64,000 bases of DNA from an uncultured Gemmatimonadota bacterium (GTDB lineage: Bacteria; Blakebacterota; Blakebacteria; Blakebacterales; Blakebacteraceae), in contig CAZNUA010000006.1 of NCBI GenBank assembly GCA_964576115.1, forward strand, positions 62,001 to 126,000, given 5' to 3'. The translations under genes and the position numbers were made by a program. Under the pieces are notes generated by a model that was not told the origin of the DNA, ran no database searches, and saw nothing but the letters and a program-made list of their open reading frames with translations. Of this stretch, positions 55,938-64,000 are shown piece after piece; within the stretch, counting starts at the first letter, position 1; each line of letters begins with the position of its first letter.

Positions 55938-56012
55938 GCGATCCCTCTCAACCTCACCGTCGTCTCTCGACCGGCAGGGTTGCCCGGCAACCGGTCTCGA
56001 GCAGAGATGCGA

Positions 56013-56753
<741 letters not shown>

Positions 56754-56793
56754 GTTCTTCCCCGTCTTCCTCGAACGGTGTGCGGGAGCGCTT

Positions 56794-58071
56794 TTACGGG
56801 CGTCCGACACCTGCGTCCTGTACGTCCTCCACCAGTGATTCTGTAACCTTTACCCTCTCGCCGTCATTCAACGTACGGCTTAAAAGCCGGAAGGGTCCGG
56901 TGACGACCTCTTCTCCTTCCTCGATCCCATCGAGGATCTCGATCGAAGTCGTGCCCGAAATCCCCGTCACGACCCGGCGCAACTCGGCGGTCTGGTCTTG
57001 AGTCACGACGAAGACGACCTCCACCCATTCCTCTTCTTCCCCGCTTTCACGCCGGGCCTGCGGCACTGCCTCTTCCTGTCTGTCAGACACCGCCAGATCC
57101 TCGGACCGTCTGGCGGTCAACGCCTGCATCGGAATATAAAGCGTATTCGGCCGCGTCTCGGTGATGATGTCCACGGCCGCCGACATACCCCGCCGCAGCC
57201 GGACATCGATTTCGAGCAACTCGACCGTCACGGCGAAATTGGTCACCTCCATCTGCGTGCCCGCTCCGATCGTGGTGCCGGCATTGGCGATTTCGGTTAC
57301 CCGCCCGGCGAGCAGCGTGTCGGGCAGGGCATCGACTTCGACTTCGGCCCGCTGGCCGATACTGACCGCGACCACATCGGTCTCATCGACGTCCACCTGT
57401 ACTTCCATACGGGAGAGATCCGAAATCGCCATGAGCTGGGTTCCCATCGTCATCTGGGTTCCCAGCACCATCTCCCCCTCCTCGACCGCCAGGGCCGTGA
57501 CCGTCCCGGCCATCGGCGCCCGAATGGTCGTCCGGTTCAGATCCTCGAGAGCCTGTTCGAGCGAAGCCTCGGCACTGCCCACCTGGGCCAGGGCGGCTTC
57601 ATAGCGAGCCTGCGAAGCGGTGAATGCGTTCTCGGCATCGCGCAAGTCCTGGGCCGCACCGACTTCGCGTTGTGCCATCGCCCGGGCGATGTCGAGAGCG
57701 TCTTCGGTCTGCCGCATGGTTGCTTGTGAGGCCTGGGCGTTGGCCCGCTGCGTGTTCAGAGCCGCCCGGGCTCCTTCGACCCGGGCTTCATACAGAGTCC
57801 GGTCGAGTTCGATCAGGACCTGGTTGCGTTCGACCCGATCGCCCTCTTCGACCAGGATCCGTTCGATCCGGGCGCTGACCAGACTGGAGATCTTCACTTC
57901 GGTCACGGGAAAGATCCGTCCCGACGCCGAAACCCGGCTGATGACCGTTCCCCGGGCGACGGTGTCGACGGTGACTTCCACACCTCCCGCACCCCCGCCG
58001 ATCAGGTTCCCGACGATTATCAGTACCACCAGGATCACAACGATCGTGATGATGATTGTCTTCTTCTTCAC
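56794..58071 (-). CDS. Efflux periplasmic adaptor (MacA/HlyD-like membrane fusion protein)
   Basis: N-terminal TM, lipoyl halves 'VEEGDRV' and 'IRAPMAGTV', coiled coil, 'VDETDV', 'V.TGIS..EIL.G..EGE.VV.G'. Confidence 0.93.
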   Translation of the reverse strand: MKKKTIIITIVVILVVLIIVGNLIGGGAGGVEVTVDTVARGTVISRVSASGRIFPVTEVKISSLVSARIERILVEEGDRVERNQVLIELDRTLYEARVEGARAALNTQRANAQASQATMRQTEDALDIARAMAQREVGAAQDLRDAENAFTASQARYEAALAQVGSAEASLEQALEDLNRTTIRAPMAGTVTALAVEEGEMVLGTQMTMGTQLMAISDLSRMEVQVDVDETDVVAVSIGQRAEVEVDALPDTLLAGRVTEIANAGTTIGAGTQMEVTNFAVTVELLEIDVRLRRGMSAAVDIITETRPNTLYIPMQALTARRSEDLAVSDRQEEAVPQARRESGEEEEWVEVVFVVTQDQTAELRRVVTGISGTTSIEILDGIEEGEEVVTGPFRLLSRTLNDGERVKVTESLVEDVQDAGVGRP

Positions 58072-58101
58072 GTTTTCGTCCGTTCTCAGGTTTCAGGCGG
58101 A

Positions 58102-59454
58102 TCAGCGCTCGAGCCGCCCCATAGCGAAATCGAGCGCCGCCCGGGCGATCTTCAGCGAAAAGAGCGCCTGCACGCTCCCGTAACTGGCATTGATCAGGTC
58201 GAGCTGGCTGGCGTTGAGTTCGAGCAGGGTGCCGGCACCAAGATTGAGACGCTCTTCGGCCAGACGAACGGCCTCCCCGGCCAGCTCCACCGCCCGTTGC
58301 GCACTGGCCAGCACCTGCTCGGCTTCACGCAGATCGAGCACGGCTCGATGGACATCCCGGCTGACCTGCAGCTCAACCGCCTCCCGGTCGCGCCGGGCTC
58401 CCTGAAGATTGATTTCAGCCTGCTCGATTCCGTACCGGGTGCGCAGACCGTCGAATACCGGAAGGTAGAAACTGACCCCGACGCTCCAGGTGTAATCGCG
58501 GGTAAAGGCATCGGAGATATCGCGGTAGCTGGTACCCCGCCAGGAATAATTCCCCGAGGCGTTCATGGTCGGCCACCGCGAAGCCTTCGTGGCCTCGAGA
58601 CCGGCCTGGGCCGAGGCCACCCCCAGAGCGGCCTGGTGCAGGCCGGGATGTGCCTGGCCAGCGAGGGTAAGGGCGTTGTCCAACCTCACCGCCTCGGGGG
58701 TATAGGCCAGATCGTCCACCACCTCGACCGGCCGGGTCGGCTCTCGCCCGATCAGATAGTTCAGTTCGGCCCGACCGGTCGCCACGCCGTTTTCGGCTGT
58801 AATCAGGCGCTGTTCGGCGGAGGCTACCGCGCTCTCCTGCCGCAGGACGTCCACGCGTGCAATCCGGCCGAGTTCGAACAGCGTCTGTACCTGGTCGAGT
58901 AACCCCTGATTATACTCCAGGTCGCTCCGGGCCACCTCGAGATTGCGTTCGGACCGCAGCAGTTCGTAATAGGCCTGATGAACCAGCAGGACAACCTGCT
59001 GTCGTTCGAGCCGGGCAGCGGACAGAGCGTTCTCTTCGGCGGCTCGGGCCTGGGTATAGCGGGCTGTGACAGCCCGGTCGAACAGGCGCTGGGAGACACT
59101 CATACCGGAGTAATAGCTCATACTGGTCAGAGCTGTGGCGCTGCCTTCCACGATCTGATTAGTGGCCGGATTCAACGATCGTTGAGGCGAGACGGTGGTG
59201 TAGCGCGAAAACGCCCCGGTCAGCGACACCGATGGCAGCAGGGCCGATCCGGCTTCCCGTCGCTGGATCACGCTGCCGGCATAGGTGCGCTCGGCTCGAT
59301 CCACGGTCGGGTAGTACGCGAGCGCCTCTTCGATGCAGGCTTCGAGATTCATCGCCTGCTGGGCCAGCACTGCCGGTGCCGCCGCGGACGTCAGTACGGC
59401 AACCGCTCCGATCAGCGCCGTCAGGAGCCGGATCGTGGGAATGAATGCTCTCAT
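58102..59454 (-). CDS. TolC-family outer membrane protein
   Basis: Signal peptide, two OEP repeats, 'AYYELL', 'LPVFDG', 'ER..LG..T.LEL'. Confidence 0.93.
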   Translation of the reverse strand: MRAFIPTIRLLTALIGAVAVLTSAAAPAVLAQQAMNLEACIEEALAYYPTVDRAERTYAGSVIQRREAGSALLPSVSLTGAFSRYTTVSPQRSLNPATNQIVEGSATALTSMSYYSGMSVSQRLFDRAVTARYTQARAAEENALSAARLERQQVVLLVHQAYYELLRSERNLEVARSDLEYNQGLLDQVQTLFELGRIARVDVLRQESAVASAEQRLITAENGVATGRAELNYLIGREPTRPVEVVDDLAYTPEAVRLDNALTLAGQAHPGLHQAALGVASAQAGLEATKASRWPTMNASGNYSWRGTSYRDISDAFTRDYTWSVGVSFYLPVFDGLRTRYGIEQAEINLQGARRDREAVELQVSRDVHRAVLDLREAEQVLASAQRAVELAGEAVRLAEERLNLGAGTLLELNASQLDLINASYGSVQALFSLKIARAALDFAMGRLER

Positions 59455-59567
59455 ATCTTCCTTTCTCCCGTTTCTTTCTTTCTCCCCCTACCCTCCGGCG
59501 CTCCCGAACGCGTTCGCGCGAGAGCCTGTTTCCGCTCGGTCACCCGTCGCCTCAGCACGGCATGAGA

Positions 59568-60156
59568 TCAGGAGGGCATGATATTCGCGAAGAGCGCTGC
59601 CAATCCGGCGCTCACCCCGATGGCGAGCAGATAGAAGGTCACCACCAGAGCCGCCACCTTGCCCCGTGCAAAGCGGTACGCGGCCGCCAGACCGATGACG
59701 AGCAGAGCCAGCATCCAGAGGCTGAAGATGTCTGTTGCGCCCAGGATCACACCGAGNNNNNNNNNNNNNNNNNNNNNNNNNNNNNNNNNNNNNNNNNNNN
59801 NNNNNNNNNNNNNNNNNNNNNNNNNNNNNNNNNNNNNNNNNNNNNNNNNNNNNNNNGAGCCGCGGCATGAGCGAGTCTTCGGCGGAAAACCGATCGAGCA
59901 TCTGCTCGGCCTGCTGGGCCGTGAGCCGGTCGCTCGACATGATCACATCTCGCCGCGCCTGCATCATGTACGGGTAGGTCACTGTGGCGGCACCCACTCC
60001 TATCAGCAGGACGATGAGGGTAACACCGATCCAGCGCGGATGAGCGGCGATCGAGGCAAAGGCCCGGGTCGGTTCGGTCAGCACCAGCCAGATGCGCTGG
60101 AACAGCCCGAGTGATTCAGGCGCTTCGAGAGAACTGGAGTCGGGTATTACATCCAT
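59568..60156 (-). CDS. Yip1-family membrane protein (interrupted by assembly gap)
   Basis: N-part 'RIWLVLTEPTRAFASI..P.W'; C-part in another frame after the gap, 'DIFSLWMLALLVIGL'. Confidence 0.75.
59757..59856. other. Assembly gap (100 N)
   Basis: Run of 100 N. Confidence 0.99.
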
Positions 60157-60207
60157 GGCAGCGGTCTGTCTCCGGGTTGGGGGCGGTACACCCGCCCTGC
60201 ATACACG

Positions 60208-60244
60208 AACGGGGTGCAGGGGAAAGATACCCCCGTACCCCGTT
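60208..60244 (-). terminator. Hairpin downstream of tonB (possible terminator or processing site)
   Basis: AACGGGGTACGGGGG..CCCCTGCACCCCGTT, a ~15-bp imperfect stem; weak U tract. Confidence 0.4.
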
Positions 60245-60288
60245 GCGAACTACTGCCGAGCTCGTCAGTCGGCCGTGGATTGAACCCC

Positions 60289-60957
60289 TTACTCGGAGGG
60301 GGGCGGACGACGGTCGCTCAGGGTGAACTCCACCCGCTGCGCGATCTGCACCTTGATCGGTATGTCGCGCTGCTTGGCCGGTTTGAACTTCCACTTCATG
60401 ACGGCTGCGATGGCCTGATCCTCGAAGATACCCGGCGGATCCGCCATGACCGTCTCGGCTGCGATCACGTCCCCCTGCTCGTCAACCACGATCTTGACCA
60501 GCACAAATCCTTCCACGCCGGCCTTACGGGCAATCTCGGGGTATTCGGGCATGACCATCCGCGTCAACTCGGGAGCCTCCTCCCAGGCCAGGAAGATCGG
60601 CGACTCTTCCTTGACTTTGGTCGCTCCCGGCGGAGGCGGAGGTGGGGGCGGAGGAGCATCGAGGTCCAGCTCGGTATCCATGATCGTCACGTCTTCGGGG
60701 ACATCTTCCGATTCGGTGGCGACAGGCATCTGGGGCCGCTGCGGAGGCGGCGGCCGACGAAGCTGTTCTGTTTCGGGAATGTCTTCGACCTCGACGTATT
60801 CGGTCGTCTGACCCCCCTCGTACGCCTTCACCTCGAAGGTCTGGTACGTGAGGAAGGTCATGACGATCAGTCCGATCGCCAGGGCGAAGCCCTGTTCCAG
60901 AACATTCTTCGATTTTTCCGCCAGATCGTATTTCGGGTTACGCCATCCGGTTGCCAT
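60289..60957 (-). CDS. tonB: Energy transducer TonB
   Basis: N-terminal TM, poly-Pro linker, 'PEYPEIARKAGVEGFV', 'WKFKPAKQ'. Confidence 0.93.
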   Translation of the reverse strand: MATGWRNPKYDLAEKSKNVLEQGFALAIGLIVMTFLTYQTFEVKAYEGGQTTEYVEVEDIPETEQLRRPPPPQRPQMPVATESEDVPEDVTIMDTELDLDAPPPPPPPPPGATKVKEESPIFLAWEEAPELTRMVMPEYPEIARKAGVEGFVLVKIVVDEQGDVIAAETVMADPPGIFEDQAIAAVMKWKFKPAKQRDIPIKVQIAQRVEFTLSDRRPPPSE

Positions 60958-60979
60958 GGCTCTTCACCTCCCGTGCACG

Positions 60980-61396
60980 TCAGCGGGCGTAAAGGGTAGC
61001 GAAATTCACCTTCAGGGCATCAGCCTGCCGGAGCTGTTTCATGGCCTCCGAGACTGTGCCGTACGGGGCATCGACATCGGCGATGATCGAGACCACGATC
61101 TGCGGGTTCTCTACCCTCTTAGTGTAGACGATTCCGGCAATGGCATCAATCTCCCTGATGGTGTTGTCATCCACCATCATTTCCCCGCGCTGGCTGACCC
61201 ACATGTGGGTAATGTCACGCCGGTTTTCGAGTCGTTCGGTGGTTTCGGCCCGCGGCTGTGAAATGCCGGAAATGCCGCGGTACTCGACGAACACGGTCGT
61301 GACCATGAAGAAGATCAGCAGCAGGAAGACGATGTCTCCCATCGATCCGGTCGGGATCGCAACGTCGGCTTTCTGTTTCTTCTCAATCTTCGGCAT
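60980..61396 (-). CDS. exbD: Biopolymer transporter ExbD
   Basis: 'SMGDIVFLLLIFFMVTT', 'IADVDAPYG'. Confidence 0.93.
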   Translation of the reverse strand: MPKIEKKQKADVAIPTGSMGDIVFLLLIFFMVTTVFVEYRGISGISQPRAETTERLENRRDITHMWVSQRGEMMVDDNTIREIDAIAGIVYTKRVENPQIVVSIIADVDAPYGTVSEAMKQLRQADALKVNFATLYAR

Positions 61397-61402
61397 GCCT
61401 AC

Positions 61403-61801
61403 TCAATCCGGTTCCGCGAGTGAAATCTTTGGAGCCTTCGCCTGCTTGACCTGATCGAGCACCTGGATGAAGGTGTTGTAATCGGTCTCCCGGTCGGCCT
61501 TGAGCGATACGATCAGCAGGGGGTTTTCCAACACCCGCCGTTCCACTTCGGGCTGGACCTGACGCATCGAGACGATCTCGTCGGCGAGCAGAATCTCGCC
61601 CGCCGCATTCACCCAGATGTTCAACATGTTCTTTTTCCGGACCTGCAGCACGTCGCCCTCGGACCACGGCGGCAGGGTCAGGCCGATCCCCATCTCCTGG
61701 TTGAAGGAGGTGGTGACCAGGAAGAAGATGATCAGGAGGAAGGCGATGTCCGCCATCGAGGCGGTCGGGATCTCCGGCTCGGCTCTTTTCTTCTTCGCCA
61801 T
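61403..61801 (-). CDS. exbD: Biopolymer transporter ExbD
   Basis: 'SMADIAFLLIIFFLVTT', 'KADRETDY'. Confidence 0.93.
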   Translation of the reverse strand: MAKKKRAEPEIPTASMADIAFLLIIFFLVTTSFNQEMGIGLTLPPWSEGDVLQVRKKNMLNIWVNAAGEILLADEIVSMRQVQPEVERRVLENPLLIVSLKADRETDYNTFIQVLDQVKQAKAPKISLAEPD

Positions 61802-61813
61802 CAGCGCATCCCC

Positions 61814-62434
61814 CTAGGCGGTCTTCTCCATCTCCATCTCGATCAGATAGTCGATCAGGTCGTTGGCGCTCTCCTCCATGTCGATGACCAGACGGTCGAC
61901 CCGCGACACGAAGTAGTTGTGCGCCGCCTGGATCGGAATGGCGATGGCCAGACCGCTGGCGGTGGTGATCAGAGCTTCCGAGATACCGCTGGCTACGATC
62001 GTCGCGTTCACGTCGCCGACCTCGGCGATCGAAGCGAAGGCACCGATCATACCCGACACGGTTCCCAGGAATCCGAGCATGGGGGCGATGTTGGCGACCG
62101 TAGCCAACCATACCAGCCCCTTCTCGAGGAAGGACATTTCGATGGTGCCGGCGTTCTCGATGGCCTTCTCGACCTGCTCGAGACCGCGGTCCACCCGCAT
62201 CAGGCCGGCGTGGAAGATCGAGGCCACCGGACCGCGTGTGTTGGCGCAGATCTCCTGCGCGGCGGTGATGCCCTCTTCACGCAGGGAGACCTTGATGCGC
62301 TGGAGGAACTTGCGGGTGTTGATGCTGGCTCGGGCCAGGGAAAACAAACGCTCAAAAATGACGGCCAGACCCACGACCAGGGTTGCGAGAAGCGGGTACA
62401 TGGCCCACCCGCCGGCGATGAAAAGATCGAGCAT
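61814..62434 (-). CDS. exbB: MotA/TolQ/ExbB proton channel
   Basis: 'IAPMLGFLGTVSGMI', 'GISEALITTASGL'; AGGAGG SD before ATG 62434. Confidence 0.94.
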   Translation of the reverse strand: MLDLFIAGGWAMYPLLATLVVGLAVIFERLFSLARASINTRKFLQRIKVSLREEGITAAQEICANTRGPVASIFHAGLMRVDRGLEQVEKAIENAGTIEMSFLEKGLVWLATVANIAPMLGFLGTVSGMIGAFASIAEVGDVNATIVASGISEALITTASGLAIAIPIQAAHNYFVSRVDRLVIDMEESANDLIDYLIEMEMEKTA

Positions 62435-62540
62435 ATTGGTCACTCCTCCTGCAGGATGCTCCGCCTGTTGGCGTTTCCTCCGGATCCACAGGAGCCGGTC
62501 CGGAGGTGTGTGACGTGGAAGTTCGGTTGAAAGCAGACGC

Positions 62541-62569
62541 ATGGTATGCAGGGCGCAGGGGGGTGTCAA
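62541..62569 (-). promoter_or_regulatory. Sigma70 promoter for exbBDD-tonB (TTGACA-N17-TACCAT)
   Basis: Perfect -35, 17-nt spacer, -10 TACCAT. Confidence 0.7.
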
Positions 62570-62762
62570 TCGTCGATTGCCCCCCCTTCGGAACCCCCTG
62601 CATCGCACCCCCTCCAGAGCACCTGACAGACCCCGGCAGACATCCGTGACCGGCGTCAAACGCTACCCGGTCGATATCCACCAGGGGCTTGCTCCCCGCG
62701 TCCACTGCCCTTACCATCCAGCCTACCTCCGACAGCCAACCACTTCACAGGAGCTGACGTTC

Positions 62763-63560
62763 ATGACCGGTATTCGTTTGCGGCAAAGTGTCCGGAAAAT
62801 TGTTCCGCTGTTCATCCTGGCGGCTCTGCCCGTCCTGACGGTCCTGCCCGTCCGGGCCGACGCGCAGGCCGATCCCGCCCTGCTCGGGCAGGTTGACGAT
62901 CTCCTCGACGACGGCTCGTACTCCGAAGCCATCCCGATCCTGCGGCAGGCCCTCGAGGCCCTGCCGGATTCGTACGACCTGCTCTATCGTCTCTCCGACG
63001 CGCTGACCGAGCACGCCCGCGATCTCGATGAAGACGAGGCCGAACCGGTCTACGAAGAGTCGCTCACCTTCGCCCGGCGAGCCACCGAAGTGCGGGCCGG
63101 GCATGCCGAAGGCTGGTTCATGCTCGGGAAAGCTCTTGGGCGGCTGGCCCTGTTCCGGGGGGGCAAGGAGAAGGTGAACATGTCGAAGGATGTCAAGGAA
63201 GCCTTCGAGCAGGCCATCGAGCTCGACTCAGAGCACGCCGGCGCCATTCACGGCCTGGCCCGCTGGCACCGCGAGGTGGCCAACCTCTCCTGGGTCCTGA
63301 AAACCGCGGCCAAGATCATCTACGGCGGCCTGCCGCCGGCTTCGAACGAGGAGGCGGTCCGGCTCTTTGAACGGGCGATCGAACTCGAACCCGACCACAT
63401 CAACCACCATCTCGAACTCGGCAAGACCTGGCTCGAGATGAAGGAGAAAGACCGGGCTCGGGCCGAACTCGAGATCGCCGTCAGTCTGCCGCCAACCGAG
63501 CCTGACGACGATCGGAACCTCGAAGAGGCTGAACAACTCCTGGCCGGCATCCGTCGGTAG
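62763..63560 (+). CDS. Secreted TPR-repeat protein
   Basis: Signal ending ADA-Q; TPR-like helices 'GWFMLGKALG', 'AVRLFERAIELEP', 'HLELGKTW'; AGGAG SD. Confidence 0.85.
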   Translation: MTGIRLRQSVRKIVPLFILAALPVLTVLPVRADAQADPALLGQVDDLLDDGSYSEAIPILRQALEALPDSYDLLYRLSDALTEHARDLDEDEAEPVYEESLTFARRATEVRAGHAEGWFMLGKALGRLALFRGGKEKVNMSKDVKEAFEQAIELDSEHAGAIHGLARWHREVANLSWVLKTAAKIIYGGLPPASNEEAVRLFERAIELEPDHINHHLELGKTWLEMKEKDRARAELEIAVSLPPTEPDDDRNLEEAEQLLAGIRR

Positions 63561-63629
63561 ACCAGAGCCGTAGCGCGTACCTGACTTGAGCCCACACCGA
63601 ACCGGAGCTTGCCCTCCATGAGGGGATCA

Positions 63630-64000
63630 ATGCGTCAGCTTCACAAGACACGAACCCTCGCCAGGCTTTTCTGCCAGCTGATTGTCTTGCTGCCTCTACT
63701 GCTTTCCGTCGGCAGGCTCGAGGCTCAGGAGTTCCCCGAACTGCCCGATCTGCTGCCCCCTCCCGCCGCGGGCCGTCTCTCGGTCATACTGCTCGGCGGG
63801 TGGGGCTCGTTTTCTCAGCAGCCGGTCAATGACATGATCAATCTCGACAACATGCTTCTCACGACTCCGACCTCGCAGGGGGGTGCCGGGCTGGACAAGG
63901 GTCTCGATCAGCTGACCGATTCGGTGACCTGGGGGGCCGAGATCCGCTGGCGGCTGCATCCCCGCTGGTCGGCGGTGGCCGGGTTCCAGCACCTGGGAGC
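63630..64000 (+). CDS. Partial secreted protein, probably an outer-membrane beta-barrel (truncated by the window end)
   Basis: Open to the window end; signal ending LEA-Q; amphipathic strands 'VTWGAEIRWRL..RWSAVAGFQHL'. Confidence 0.55.
   Translation, partial: MRQLHKTRTLARLFCQLIVLLPLLLSVGRLEAQEFPELPDLLPPPAAGRLSVILLGGWGSFSQQPVNDMINLDNMLLTTPTSQGGAGLDKGLDQLTDSVTWGAEIRWRLHPRWSAVAGFQHLG

Noticed and set aside
59488-60156. Frameshift or pseudogene in the Yip1 gene
   Set aside because: The frame change coincides with the 100-N gap and is most likely an assembly artefact.
60628-60655. GGN tandem repeat as a phase-variable tract
   Set aside because: It encodes the normal poly-proline linker of TonB with mixed codons.

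Overview
High-GC (roughly mid-60s % by eye) bacterial chromosomal segment from a scaffolded assembly, with two 100-N gaps (883-982, 59757-59856). Most genes are on the minus strand. The cell is diderm, and an FCB-group lineage such as Gemmatimonadota or Latescibacterota is inferred from the long SecA, the Por/FlgD-type C-terminal domains and the WD40-Omp85 gene; this assignment is not proven. The left ~23 kb is an accessory, envelope-oriented region. It holds a beta-propeller protein, a PHP hydrolase lipoprotein, hutI, hutU, a TPR lipoprotein, a CTD-bearing zincin, a zincin-PD40-Omp85 fusion, a DUF4296-like lipoprotein, a GH99-like lipoprotein, tRNA-Ala, a serpin, a CTD-bearing Asp-box protein, gcdH, an exported aminopeptidase P and an acyl-CoA ligase. 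The middle is housekeeping: tRNA-Val, thrS, infC, rpmI, rplT, pheST, zapB-like, zapA, ymdB, folD, xseAB, ispA, dxs, nadK. The right side has a prenol kinase-DUF92 fusion, mazG, plsC, a PPC protein, carD, GT9, secA, nusB, ribD/E/BA/H, a Yip1-TolC-MacA-ABC exporter, and exbBDD-tonB. No CRISPR array, integrase, transposase, reverse transcriptase or phage gene was seen. Best candidates for novelty: (1) a GH99-like protein that appears circularly permuted and lacks both catalytic glutamates, preceded by an unannotated 46-aa ORF; (2) an Omp85-zincin / CTD-zincin / TPR-lipoprotein operon running into hutUI; (3) absence of rny and 6S RNA between zapA and ymdB; (4) a structured intergenic element; (5) a likely AUA start for infC. 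All family calls come from motif recognition by eye; no searches were run.
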